A stretch of 63,831 nt of DNA, the filler included, from Octopus bimaculoides (Eukaryota), in assembly GCF_001194135.2 (NCBI RefSeq). It is 7 parts of 7 records of this genome, joined end to end, with 100 filler letters (N's around TTAATTAATTAA, not from the genome) between each part and the next. Parts side by side here need not be neighbours in the genome. Positions count along the whole stretch, not along the records: positions 34,126 to 51,170 come from NC_068989.1; positions 51,271 to 58,663 come from NC_068986.1; 5 more parts are not named here. The stretch is one strand, 5' to 3'. The position numbers and the translations under genes are program-made. This document shows, piece by piece, positions 39,010 through 52,610 of this stretch (position 1 is the first letter of the stretch; every line of letters begins with the position of its first letter). Below the pieces are notes generated by a model. It ran no database searches. It saw nothing but the letters and a program-made list of their open reading frames with translations, and was not told the origin of the DNA.

Positions 39010-39906
39010 TAATAGAATTGGAAAAAGAAATAATTGAATCAGCGCAACAATATGGCTATGAAAGTACCATGAAACGATTCTATAAAAAGGTTGCCGAAAT
39101 TAAAAATATTTCTACTGGTGCCATCAGGTTTCAAATTTCTAAAGAATCACACACACACACAATNNNNNNNNNNNNNNNNNNNNNNNNNNNNNNNNNNNNN
39201 NNNNNNNNNNNNNNNNNNNNNNNNATATATATATATATATACACTTATATATGCTGACGTCAACGAAATGACTATTGTTTCTATGTTCTATGTAGAACTC
39301 GTGACCAACGATTCTAGATATTTCGTTCATCTCTTCACAGGTGCCGACAAAGAGATATAATTGTTCACTCGGAGAGAACATGAATGAAAGCTGTGTAAAC
39401 CGACTGAGTGCCGAACTGAGAGTTAAAAGGTCGAGAGTTCGTATTTGGGATAGGTATTGTGTTCTGTGGTCTAATACACAAAACATGTGCTGCGCAATCT
39501 TAATGAATTCTGCTATGCACGAAAGGTAATGCAAAGAATTACATGCGCGTTTCACATGAACATTTTTTAAAATTTTCCCTTGAAATTCAAAATTTAGAAG
39601 CGAAGCACCACCCGGAGAATTCAGTACTTAATTTTCTCTATCAAAACGTCTCTTTGAGAGCTATCAAGAACTCTTGATACATTACAAGACGATGTCCTCA
39701 CTGCTTTTCTAACAGTCCAATAGGTTACAGTAACATCACAACATGTACACATTAGACAATGGTTTAATTTCACACAGGGGGGAAACCCTTCAAATTTATC
39801 AACAACAAATAATATTAATTTTGCTTGACTAACTCTTTAGATATTTCATTATTTGTTCTTCAAAGGCTGCGAGTTGGCAGAAACGGTGGAACACAGAACA
39901 AAATGC

Positions 39907-40303
39907 TTTACTCTTTTACTTGTTTCAGTCATTTGACTGCGGCCATGCTGGAGCACCGCCTTTAGTCGAGAAAATCGACTCCAGGACTTATTCTTTGGAT
40001 GCCTAGTACTTATTCTATCGGTCTCTTTTGCCGAACCGCTAAGTAACGGGGACGTAAACACACCACCATCGGTTGTCAAGCGATGTTGGGGGGAAAACCA
40101 TAGACACACAGACATATACACACACATACATATATATACATATATACGAGAGGCTTTTTCAGTTTCCTTCTACCAAACCCACTCACAAGGCTTTGGTCGG
40201 CCCTAGGCTATAGTAGAAGACACTTGCCCAAGGTGCCACGCAGTGGGAATGACCCCGGAACCATGGAACCATGTGGTTGGTAAGCAAGCTACTTACCACA
40301 CAA
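39907..40303 (-). mobile_element. SINE family A nested inside a family B SINE (39864-40455, +)
   Basis: The family B head (ggctgcgagttggcagaaacgg...aaaatgcttta) resumes after the insertion (cattttgtctaactttacgttctgaatacaaattctgccgaggtcga). Confidence 0.8.
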
Positions 40304-41005
40304 CATTTTGTCTAACTTTACGTTCTGAATACAAATTCTGCCGAGGTCGATTCTGCTCTCACTCGCTCGGGGATCAATAAAATAAGTACCAGTTGAGCAC
40401 TGTGGTTGATGTAATCGACTAGCCCCCTCACCCAGAATGTCAGGCCATATTAGAAAGGTTTATTTGCTTTTCTAAAACTTGTACTCCTTTGGAAAGCAAG
40501 AGTTAGAATGGTCATTGCTAGAGTGCCTGTTTAATCAGGGTCAGTGCGTCTATACAACAAAAACAACTCGTAATTACTAAAGTTAGATAAAAAGTATATT
40601 CATTGAACAATGTGGTTTTCTGCATATCAAGCTTCACAACCATAGAACTCTACACTCTGTGAACTGTCTCGACGGTCTATGGAATTCAATCAGTGCTGTC
40701 CCTCTTTCTGTGACAAAACATTAATAAGCTAACACATTAAAGAACCAATTTGCTAAATTGTGCCATTCTTCATATTCCATATTAAACAACATAAGTCACT
40801 TCATCCACGTTTGATTTTCAACTTTTATCAAATCCAAACATCATGTCTTTCTTCGGAATCTGAGTAAATATACATTCTTACCTTTATATANNNNNNNNNN
40901 NNNNNNNNNNNNNNNNNNNNNNNNNNNNNNNNNNNNNNNNNNNNNNNNNNNNNNNNNNNNNNNNNNNNNNNNNNNNNNNNNNNNNNNNNNNNNNNNNNNN
41001 NNNNN

Positions 41006-41413
41006 CTCTCTTACTCTTTTACTTGTTTCAGTCATTTGACTGCGGCCATGCAGGGGCACCGCCTTTAGTCGAGCAAATCGACCCCAAGACTTATTCTTTG
41101 TAAGCCTAGTACTTATTCTATCGGTCTCTTTTTGCCGAACCGCTAAGTTACGGGGACGTAAACACACCACCATCTGTTGTCAAGCGGTGTTGGGGGGACA
41201 AACACAGACACACAAACACAGACACACACATACATATATTTACATATATACGACAGGCTTCTTTCAGTTTCCGTCTACCAAATCCACTCACAAGGCTTTG
41301 ATCGGCCCGAGGCTATAGTAGAAAACACTTGCCCAAGATGCCACGCAGTGGGAATGAACCCGGAACCATGTGGTTGGTAAGCAAGCTACTTACCACACAG
41401 CCACTCCTGCGCC
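41006..41413 (-). mobile_element. SINE family A, full length
   Basis: Ends on the plus strand in ccacacagccactcctgcgcc (the head); CpGs retained. Confidence 0.9.
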
Positions 41414-41766
41414 TATATATATTACTCATATTACCCTTGATATCTAGAAGTATCCGTCTATGATGTAATCCACACTGGAGTAAAAAACTTCAAATTGATC
41501 AGCAACGGATACATAAAAAAATCACTTTGAGAACAACAGTATTAATTTTGTTTCACGAACTAAGCAACGTCAACAACAAAAAATATGCTGTATAACACCG
41601 TTGTTTAGGGATACAGAATACTTGTGTAGCATTGGAATAAATACTTCGACTTTGTTCTCCAGAGACAACTAATACAGGAGATATATCTTGTCACATTAAA
41701 TACGTGATAGCGGGGATAAAAAACCTCGACATTTCATCAGACATCCATCTAATGCCCTAGACTTAC

Positions 41767-41951
41767 CAGCTGAAGGATTCTTTCGTTTGTATTTTATAAA
41801 TGCGATATGGCCGTTTATTAAGGACAATAACTTTGAAATGGACGAATCCATATAGTTGGAAATGAAGACTAAGCTATAGATCAAATATCTGGTTAGATGT
41901 AGTCTTCCGAGATTCACCTCCAAGATAATGGATAAGTTGCAAATATCACCG
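41767..41951 (-). CDS. Candidate exon, product unknown
   Basis: Acceptor CCTATACCTTACAG, donor CTG|GTAAGT. A single open frame of 61 codons (GDICNLSIILEVNLGR...KRKNPSA), phase 2/1. No homology recognised. Confidence 0.3.
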
Positions 41952-42004
41952 CTGTAAGGTATAGGCGTGTGTATGTGTGTGTGTTTGTGTTTGTGTGTGT
42001 GTAT

Positions 42005-42054
<50 letters not shown>

Positions 42055-42328
42055 GTATGTATGTATACACACGCACACAATTTATTATTAAAGCTGCAAA
42101 ACATCACAAAAATATAACGTAATGTTTTTGTAGCTTTGATAATAAAGCATATTACTCTACCTTTAGTATTCGAGTACTGTTTTTTCCCACCTTGTTTCAC
42201 ATTTATGTGCTTACTCGGGTATACACACACACACATACACACAAACACACACACACACAAACACACACACATACACACACATATATATATATTATGAACT
42301 GTTTAACCCGAATGACTGCGTAACAGAG

Positions 42329-42360
<32 letters not shown>

Positions 42361-43166
42361 TGAATGTGTGTGTATGTGTATGAGAGTGAGAGAAAAACAT
42401 ATAGACAGACAGACAAACAGACAGAAAGATAATGAGAGATAATGAGAGAGACAGAGCTGTAACTGGACGTACGTGAACCTCTCAATTAAGAATTTAATTC
42501 GTCTTGAACTGAAATTTGACAGTGTTCCCTTCATATCTCCATTATCTAATGCTACATTATTAGCGATAGTGCATACATAACTGTTTCTATACATACACAT
42601 ATATTTGTCTGTGTGTGTATGTGTGCGATATATATGATATATAATATATGCATATTATATAGATATACGTACGTGCATATGCACGTATATGTGTCTTACG
42701 TGTGCGTGTGTATATGTATGTAGAAATATAGGTAGATATACAAATATACATATTTGTGTGTGCTTATATATAATATCACATCGCAATACATATAAATTAT
42801 GTATAGTAATGATATGTTCATACATATATTCCAAGAGCAGTATCACCACGACTCCTGTTACAAAATTTGATATTTGGAACAGATATTTTCATTAGCCTCG
42901 AAATAACCCATCCATTCTCAATCACACTAGATAGACAGAAAGTGTATACCGTCGGATGGATTCTGTCTGTAATCCGAAGGGACAGCAATTTCTAACTGTG
43001 TCACACAGTGTCTGCCCAAGTAGACATATGTCTACGGAAACCTCGGTCACTTAGGCATTAAGTCAATGAGAATGATATTCATTTGGTCAAAGCATGATTT
43101 TTTAACAATGGAAACTGACGGACATCCATTCATAGGATAATGGAAGTGCTGAAAATATTTACAAAT

Positions 43167-43199
<33 letters not shown>

Positions 43200-43440
43200 C
43201 AGTTCAAATTTACAGAAAACGTAATAGGTAAAGGGTTGTCGAAACAACAAGTTTGTGTATTAGTTTAACGCTCAGAAAGAATGGAAAAGTGTTTTACGTT
43301 TCGAGCCTACGCTCTTCGACAGAAAGTATTGAGAGGGAAAAAAAGGAGAGAGACAGAAAAAGATGCTTAGGGCTTAACGGTTCAACATGATGAAATGGCC
43401 GGAGGAAAAGGGCTGAATGAATAGTAACAAAGGTGACCCC
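43200..43440 (-). mobile_element. Penelope-like terminal repeat with CUGUCGA hammerhead-like motif (43291-43326)
   Basis: Minus strand ACUUU-CUGUCGA-A-GAGC(GUAG)GCUC-GAAAC-GUA-AAAC. The downstream ~95 nt match the 35923-36010 copy, and both end in AAATTTGAACT plus a microsatellite. Confidence 0.65.
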
Positions 43441-43600
43441 GTTGAACTAAGGTGTGTAAACATGAGTGTGTGTGTGCGGGAATGATGTGTGAGTCTGTAT
43501 GTGTGGGTGAGCTGTAAAATATGAGGACCTGTGTATTTGTATATGCATAAGTAACCCAGTGCGTACATTATGTTGACTGATATGTGTTTCATGTACTGGC

Positions 43601-43643
<43 letters not shown>

Positions 43644-44415
43644 NNNNNNNNNNNNNNNNNNNNNNNNNNNNNNNNNNNNNNNNNNNNNNNNNNNNNNNNN
43701 NNNNNNNNNNNNNNNNNNNNNNNNNNNNNNNNNNNNNNNNNNNNNNNNNNNNNNNNNNNNNNNNNNNNNNNNNNNNNNNNNNNNNNNNNNNNNNNNNNNN
43801 NNNNNNNNNNNNNNNNNNNNNNNNNNNNNNNNNNNNNNNNNNNNNNNNNNNNNNNNNNNNNNNNNNNNNNNNNNNNNNNNNNNNNNNNNNNNNNNNNNNN
43901 NNNNNNNNNNNNNNNNNNNNNNNNNNNNNNNNNNNNNNNNNNNNNNNNNNNNNNNNNTATATATATATATATATATGTTGTTGTACTTGGGGATGGTCAT
44001 ATATATGTGTGTGGTTGTAATTTATGTGTATATATATTTGCATGTACGTATATATATGTGTGTGTGCATGTATGTATTTATATTGTAGTATAAATATATG
44101 AATATGTATGCATGCATTCATGTGTGTATTTATAGCTTACATAGTATTAAAGAAAATGTACACTACAAAATATATTTAAGTTATATAGTATTTGATTATT
44201 AACATATGTGTCTGTGTGTGTGTGTGTATGTATGTGTGTCTGTGTATCAACACCTTTATTGAACTTTTCTTGGTTTCACTCTGTGCCTCTCTACATGTAT
44301 TCCAAGAAGTATAAGGACACACATACATACACACACACACGTACACACACACACACACACACGCGCACACACACATACACACACACACGCACGCACAAAC
44401 ACACGCACACACACA

Positions 44416-44483
<68 letters not shown>

Positions 44484-45039
44484 NNNNNNNNNNNNNNNNN
44501 NNNNNNNNNNNNNNNNNNNNNNNNNNNNNNNNNNNNNNNNNNNNNNNNNNNNNNNNNNNNNNNNNNNNNNNNNNNNNNNNNNNNNNNNNNNNNNNNNNNN
44601 NNNNNNNNNNNNNNNNNNNNNNNNNNNNNNNNNNNNNNNNNNNNNNNNNNNNNNNNNNNNNNNNNNNNNNNNNNNNNNNNNNNNNNNNNNNNNNNNNNNN
44701 NNNNNNNNNNNNNNNNNNNNNNNNNNNNNNNNNNNNNNNNNNNNNNNNNNNNNNNNNNNNNNNNNNNNNNNNNNNNNNNNNNNNNNNNNNNNNNNNNNNN
44801 NNNNNNNNNNNNNNNNNNNNNNNNNNNNNNNNNNNNNNNNNNNNNNNNNNNNNNNNNNNNNNNNNNNNNNNNNNNNNNNNNNNNNNNNNNNNNNNNNNNN
44901 NNNNNNNNNNNNNNNNNNNNNNNNNNNNNNNNNNNNNNNNNNNNNNNNNNNNNNNNNNNNNNNNNNNNNNNNNNNNNNNNNNNNNNNNNNNNNNNNNNNN
45001 NNNNNNNNNNNNNNNNNNNNNNNNNNNNNNNNNNNNNNN

Positions 45040-45100
<61 letters not shown>

Positions 45101-46228
45101 TACATAGAAATACAGACAGTAACAAATAAATTGTGTGTAAGCTTTTTCTCTGTTGATATGTCTATGAGTCCTGTACATTGCGTGGTCACTTTTGCGTTAC
45201 ATTTTTGTTTTTTGTTTTTATGTGATTTCTTCTGTTTATATAAACATTTTTTTTTTCTACCTCTAACGCATAATTAAATCAGATATTTAAACTGCCACAA
45301 TGTCTAACACTACATGTGTGTATGTATGTATGTATGCATGCATGTATGTATGTATGTATGCATGTATGTATGTATGTATGCATGCATGCATGTATGTATA
45401 CATTAGTTATCAGCAGTCATTATTCTGATACTTCAATTTCATTTTCCATAATACTTTTCCGTATATTTTATAGTCTTTGTCTTATTTGGGTATTGTTTTC
45501 TCTTGCGCTTTTAACGTCAACCCTTCGACGAGTTTTATCAATATTAGGATACACACAGACACACTCACACAACCACCACCATCACCACCACCACCACCCT
45601 CTCTCTCTCACTCTATTTGTTTATTTATCTATCTATCTTTGTCTATATTTCTATCTCTTCCAATATTTAATAATATCGTTTTTGGATTGAAATTCATTAA
45701 AAAAAGGTTGGAGACGCCTTCGTTGCTCCTAGATCCAGACACTGCAGCGTCGAACAAAATACATTATTGCATTAACTTGCATTTAGTACAGCCTCCCGTC
45801 CAGTTTACGGGTTCGTATCAGCCTCAAAAGGGGAGAGTTTGGTGGTGGACCATTACCCTTCACCACCACCAATACCACTCTTTCTGTCACTCTAATCAGT
45901 CTCTCTCTTTTTCTCTCTATCTCTACTCGTCCTAAACTATATAAAGTAATGATTACGAGATTAGTGTTATAATGAAATCGATTCAGTCGAAAATATTCCG
46001 CCCTGATTAGTGACAGGTAATTTAAATTATACATACATTCGTAGACAGCTAAGTTTAGATAAATTCATGAGTGTACATGTGCGCGTGCACACGTGTTCGT
46101 GTGCGCATGTGTAATTGCGTGTGCGCATTTGGGAGTGTATGCAAAAGTAGTGGTACACGTATAAATACATATGCACAAATATGCTGACATACACATACAC
46201 ACAAACACGAATGTATATCGACGTAAAA

Positions 46229-46268
<40 letters not shown>

Positions 46269-46377
46269 GGAGAAGACAGATATAACTAAACATTCTAGAG
46301 AATAGTAGAGAGAAAGAAAGAGAGACAGACAGACAGTCAAACATAGATATATACGTAAATAGAGAGACAGACAGACT

Positions 46378-46425
<48 letters not shown>

Positions 46426-47847
46426 CCTTTTGTGCTCGTTAATGCATGTAAGCTGTGAAATATAGTGACATAAAATTTTATAACTAGTATCAGAATGTTT
46501 TTATCTGTATTTAAAATACCACGAAACTTGGGCATGATATAGATATAAATATTATACGCTTAACAGATTTGTTTTCAAATCGTGCTGGGAACATTAATGG
46601 AATCGCAATTAAAGTCAAAGTATAGAAAAGTACTCCTGCAAAGAAAAATATACATATTTATATACATACATAAATATATATACGTGTGTGTGTATATGTA
46701 TACATGTATGTTTATATACATATGTACATAGATATCTATGTATATGTAAACATTCCTATATACATATCGTTGCCATTATGTTAAACCGTCGTATGTCCAA
46801 TGCGTTTTATTTTATTTATTTTTTTTTTTTTTCAATATTTAATTTTGATTGCATTCGCCTGTTCTTTTGGTCGAAGCATCGTATTTCCAGCTCCTTCAGA
46901 TGCGAAGATATGAAAATTGTCAAAATGTAATACAACAGTTTAGCATTTTCCAAAAGTGTAGTAATGTCCCACATACGACAAGTTTTCAAATATATTTCTG
47001 ACTGAAAATATCATACATGCTTGGAGTTACAATTTTATGTACCCAATAAAGTATTATTGCTAAAACTTGCTAATGTAGAAAAAATAAATAAATAAATAAA
47101 TAAATGAAATGGTGAAACTATTTATTCNNNNNNNNNNNNNNNNNNNNNNNNNNNNNNNNNNNNNNNNNNNNNNNNNNNNNNNNNNNNNNNNNNNNNNNNN
47201 NNNNNNNNNNNNNNNNNNNNNNNNNNNNNNNNNNNNNNNNNNNNNNNNNNNNNNNNNNNNNNNNNNNNNNNNNNNNNNNNNNNNNNNNNNNNNNNNNNNN
47301 NNNNNNNNNNNNNNNNNNNNNNNNNNNNNNNNNNNNNNNNNNNNNNNNNNNNNNNNNNNNNNNNNNNNNNNNNNNNNNNNNNNNNNNNNNNNNNNNNNNN
47401 NNNNNNNNNNNNNNNNNNNNNNNNNNNNNNNNNNNNNNNNNNNNNNNNNNNNNNNNNNNNNNNNNNNNNNNNNNNNNNNNNNNNNNNNNNNNNNNNNNNN
47501 NNNNNNNNNNNNNNNNNNNNNNNNNNNNNNNNNNNNNNNNNNNNNNNNNNNNNNNNNNNNNNNNNNNNNNNNNNNNNNNNNNNNNNNNNNNNNNNNNNNN
47601 NNNNNNNNNNNNNNNNNNNNNNNNNNNNNNNNNNNNNNNNNNNNNNNNNNNNNNNNNNNNNNNNNNNNNNNNNNNNNNNNNNNNNNNNNNNNNNNNNNNN
47701 NNNNNNNNNNNNNNNNNNNNNNNNNNNNNNNNNNNNNNNNNNNNNNNNNNNNNNNNNNNNNNNNNNNNNNNNNNNNNNNNNNNNNNNNNNNNNNNNNNNN
47801 NNNNNNNNNNNNNNNNNNNNNNNNNNNNNNNNNNNNNNNNNNNNNNN

Positions 47848-47888
<41 letters not shown>

Positions 47889-47899
47889 CTTTTATGTTT

Positions 47900-48069
47900 C
47901 ACTCATTGGATAACGGCCATGCTGGAGTCTCAATTTTAATCGAACGAATCGACGCTAATACTTATTTTTAGAGCCTCTTGTTCTATAGGACTCTTTTATT
48001 GACTGCAAAGTTACAGAGACGTTAACACACCAACACCGGTTGTCAAGTGGTGGTGAGGGATAATCATAG

Positions 48070-48101
<32 letters not shown>

Positions 48102-48245
48102 ATAAACAGACACATACGACAGGATTCTTTCAGTTTCCGTCCACCAAATCCACTCACAAGGCTTTGGTCGGCCTGAAGCCATAGTAATCGCAAAAGTTGG
48201 ACTGAACCCGGAACCATGTGGATGGGAAGCAGTTTTCTTACCTCA
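47900..48245 (-). mobile_element. SINE family A, diverged
   Basis: Same head, microsatellite and tail motifs in reverse. Confidence 0.8.
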
Positions 48246-48717
48246 CAACAACGCTTGCGCTTATGGATGAAATGTTTATTTTCTAAGGTTATTGTTTTCA
48301 TTAATTTTACAAACAATAACGGGCTATTTACTGATGGCCAGACTGAGTACTAGAAGTGAAGTCAAATTTATTATGTAATTCGTTTTGGCTGGGAGTTTAA
48401 TTCTCTATAAACGGCTTATTCATTCTGGGTGAATAAATGCCATTCAAATGAATTTTGTATGTATGTGTGTCTGCTTCCATATGAACACTGGCTTTGAAAG
48501 TCACTTGGAAGACAATATATAAGAGACAATACTACGTAACTACATAATAGAAAGAATACCCATTAATTAGTCTAACTGAACAATATGGTAATGAAATTAC
48601 CACAAAATGATGGCGCTTACTAAAGACTAAAGGAATGTTTATAAGTTTTATTATACAATGGGAACTTTATATACACAACACCCGAAAATATGTGATAACA
48701 GATTTATGTCTGCATAT

Positions 48718-48760
<43 letters not shown>

Positions 48761-49708
48761 NNNNNNNNNNNNNNNNNNNNNNNNNNNNNNNNNNNNNNNN
48801 NNNNNNNNNNNNNNNNNNNNNNNNNNNNNNNNNNNNNNNNNNNNNNNNNNNNNNNNNNNNNNNNNNNNNNNNNNNNNNNNNNNNNNNNNNNNNNNNNNNN
48901 NNNNNNNNNNNNNNNNNNNNNNNNNNNNNNNNNNNNNNNNNNNNNNNNNNNNNNNNNNNNNNNNNNNNNNNNNNNNNNNNNNNNNNNNNNNNNNNNNNNN
49001 NNNNNNNNNNNNNNNNNNNNNNNNNNNNNNNNNNNNNNNNNNNNNNNNNNNNNNNNNNNNNNNNNNNNNNNNNNNNNNNNNNNNNNNNNNNNNNNNNNNN
49101 NNNNNNNNNNNNNNNNNNNNNNNNNATATATATTTATGGCAACTGATTGTGAATGGAATGTGAGTGCTATGTATATACAAAAAGAACAATATTAATTGTC
49201 TGTCGTTATTTTATTAGTCTCGTGCAGACATCTACTCATGATATTAAAACGTAGTTCATCGAATCTTTTAAAATATTATAAAAATAGAAAGTACGAAGTA
49301 ACCTTTAAAAAAAAAAAATAACAAAAAAAGATAAGTGTGCAGACATTGCACTTTGCTGGACAGGAATACGCATTCACTTGTATGTTTTTGTAATAAAGCT
49401 TAAATTTCTTAAATTAAATATCTTCGAATGTTCAGACCCACGTTAAAAATTCAAGCCCTTTTACAAACACCTAAAGACACACACACACAAACATACATAT
49501 AGGTGAGCACAAGGTGGAAAAAGTACTCGAATACCAAAGGTATAGTAATATAGTTTCAGTAACGCTGCAAAATTATCATAAGATTGTTAATGAGAGTTTC
49601 ACATTCCTCTGTCCCAGGAACGGGAGCGTGAAACTCTGAGTAACAGTCTTGTGATAACTTTGCAGTTTTAATAAAAGTATGTATGTGTGTGTGTATATAT
49701 ATATATAT

Positions 49709-49874
49709 AGGAGTGGCTGTGTGGTAAGCAGCTTGCTTACCAACCACATGGTCCCGGGTTCAATCCCACTGCGTGGCACCTTGGGCAAGTGTCTTCTACT
49801 ATAGCTCCGGGCTGACCAAAGCCTTGTGAGTGGATTTGGTAGACGGAAACTGAAAGAAGCGAGTCGTATATGTG

Positions 49875-49918
<44 letters not shown>

Positions 49919-50098
49919 TCCTCCTAGCATTGCTTGACAACCGATGCTGGTGTGTTTATGTTCCCGTCACTTATCGGTTCGGCAAAAAGAGCCCGATAGA
50001 ATAAGTACTAGGCTTACAAAGAATAAGTCCCGGGGTCGATTTGCTCGACTAAAGGTGGTGCTCCAGCATGGCCGCAGTCAAATGACGGAAACAAGTAA

Positions 50099-50100
<2 letters not shown>
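49709..50100 (+). mobile_element. SINE family A, full length
   Basis: aggagtggctgtgtggtaag...gggttcaatccc (A/B-box-like head), a (TA)(TG) core, and the tail ggtgctccagcatggccgcagtcaaatgacggaaacaagtaaaa. Confidence 0.9.
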
Positions 50101-50141
<41 letters not shown>

Positions 50142-50287
50142 NNNNNNNNNNNNNNNNNNNNNNNNNNNNNNNNNNNNNNNNNNNNNNNNNNNNNNNNNNN
50201 NNNNNNNNNNNNNNNNNNNNNNNNNNNNNNNNNNNNNNNNNNNNNNNNNNNNNNNNNNNNNNNNNNNNNNNNNNNNNNNNNNNNNNN

Positions 50288-50338
<51 letters not shown>

Positions 50339-50561
50339 TGTACACACAAGAGAAGGTACTGAAAAGTTCCTAGTTTTAAGGTTGTCACGAAAGGCCTGGT
50401 TGGAGGCCTAACATTCTGAGTTCTTTTACAAGAATTCGAAACAGTTAAGAACAACTGTAATATGTGTATGAATCCGAGATTAACTGATCCTCCTGTATTT
50501 TCTTTTACACAAACCCAATAACTTTTTAGTACCCGTAGTATATATATGCGTATATATAACG

Positions 50562-50622
<61 letters not shown>

Positions 50623-50659
50623 TGCATGTATGTGAGTGTATGCATACATCTTTGTTTTC

Positions 50660-50945
50660 TTTCTTCATTCTTTTCCGTCGAAGGGTACAGGCTCAAATCG
50701 TCGGAGACTTTTCCATTTTTCCAGAGCGTCGAACTAACACACCTTGTTTGTTATTCCTTGACTTCTTTCTGTCTTCTGTTTTTTTTTTGTTTTTTTTGTA
50801 CATTTGAACCATATTACAAATGCACACACACACATACATATATATATCTACTTCTCCATCCTTCCCGAACGTCAAAATAAATACACCTGCTTGTTGTTCC
50901 CTCACCTGTATTCTTTTGATTACTGTAAATTTGAACTATATACAT
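50660..50945 (+). mobile_element. Two adjacent decayed copies of the CUGUCGA hammerhead-type repeat
   Basis: cttttccgtcgaagggtacaggctcaaatcgtcggagacttttccattt...gagcgtcgaactaacac...tacatttgaacc, followed by ttcccgaacgtcaaaataaatacacctgcttgttg...gtaaatttgaactatata. Confidence 0.6.
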
Positions 50946-51744
50946 CCTTTTAGTATTTTAATCTGCCATATCCAATCCAAATATTCTACCTGTTTTCTGT
51001 CAAAATTAACCAGGTTCAACCTCTCACACCTACCCCACAATATCATTCCCCAAAAATATAATAACACACCATTGCATTCTTGAAGTTATAGGATAATGTA
51101 TGATGAATTCAAAACAACGTAAATATATAAGCAATACATTTGACAAAGAAAACTCAATGCAAAAGATATANNNNNNNNNNNNNNNNNNNNNNNNNNNNNN
51201 NNNNNNNNNNNNNNTTAATTAATTAANNNNNNNNNNNNNNNNNNNNNNNNNNNNNNNNNNNNNNNNNNNNATATTATATATGTATATATATATTGTTGTT
51301 TCACCATGCAATCTGAAGTGACTTATCCAGTTTGAAGCCAACACGTTATTTTATCTCCTAATTAGCAACAGTATCAGAGAAAAGTTAATCCTTATACACT
51401 GACAGGTACTAAACTGGCGTGATGTTATAAAAGGATAATGTTTTTCCTCTTAAAAAGACAAAAAAGAAAAAAAAAATCAGAGAGAGATTGTGAATAAAGG
51501 AACCACAAATTACTTGCATACTATTAACTCCTAAAACCAGCTTATTGGCCTTCGGGTCAAATGTAAATATCATACAGTAATCCATGTATAATTTTATCAT
51601 GTTTTAACATTGATTTTTCTTGACTAGACTATGTGATTTCATCATAGAAAAAGAGTATATTACTGGCATTTAGCAGATTCATGCCGCCAAGACCAATGTA
51701 TTTCCCCAGCATTCTATTTTCTCAAACATAAAAATCCCTTATTT

Positions 51745-51958
51745 AAACTTCTAGCATTAAGATTACTGTCAAAATGTAATGTTTATCTATTCACACTGTT
51801 TTGAATTAATCATGCATTATCTTGTAACCTCAAGATTTCAATGATGTAATTGTTTATTTTTAGAATGAGATTGTAGGGTTGGATCTGATCAGTTTGAACA
51901 TAAAATAGGTAGAATATTTGGTCCAGATATGGTTAATTTAACTGTTAAAGAGTCAAGT
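51745..51958. mobile_element. Older copy of the TTAA MITE found at 53040
   Basis: Shared interior (agatttcaatgatgtaat, tgaacataaaa.aggtagaatattt) with degraded ends. Confidence 0.6.
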
Positions 51959-52185
51959 AACATTATGGCAATCAATCTTATTATTGGGGTGTCTGGCAGA
52001 CATAATAGAGAGGAAGATCAAATGATCCTTGCAGTGTTTAGCTATATGCCTCTGCTATCTAAACTCAAATTCCAGGAAGATCAACTTTGACTTTCATCCT
52101 TATAGGATCAATAAAAAATAAAATATTAAGTACTTGGATTGATAAAATTGACTGTTCTTACCCATTGCCAATATCTGGCCATATG

Positions 52186-52417
52186 TTTTACTCTTTTACT
52201 TGTTTCAGTCATTTGACTGTGGCCATGCTGGAGCACTGCCTTTAGTCGAGCATATCGACCTCAAGACTTATTCTTTGTAAGCCTAGTACTTATTTTATCA
52301 GCCTCTTTTGCCGAACCACTAAGTTACGGGGACGTAAACGCACCAGCATCGGTTGTCAAGCAATGGTGGGGGGACAAACACAGACACACAAACATATACA
52401 CACACATATACATATAT

Positions 52418-52452
<35 letters not shown>

Positions 52453-52610
52453 CGACGGGCATCTTTCAGTTTCCGTCTACCAAATCCACTCACAAGGCTT
52501 TGGTCGGTCCAAGGCAATAGTATAAGACACTTGCCCAAGATGCCATGCAGTGGGACTGAACCCGGAACCATGTGGTTTGTAAGCAAGCTACTTACCACAC
52601 AGCCACTCCT
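52186..52610 (-). mobile_element. SINE family A, full length
   Basis: Complete reverse copy with partial CpG decay. Confidence 0.9.

Noticed and set aside
4416-41740. Other CTGATGA occurrences (e.g. 4416, 29660, 37146, 41735) as hammerhead cores
   Set aside because: No following stem II plus GAAA and no NUH site.
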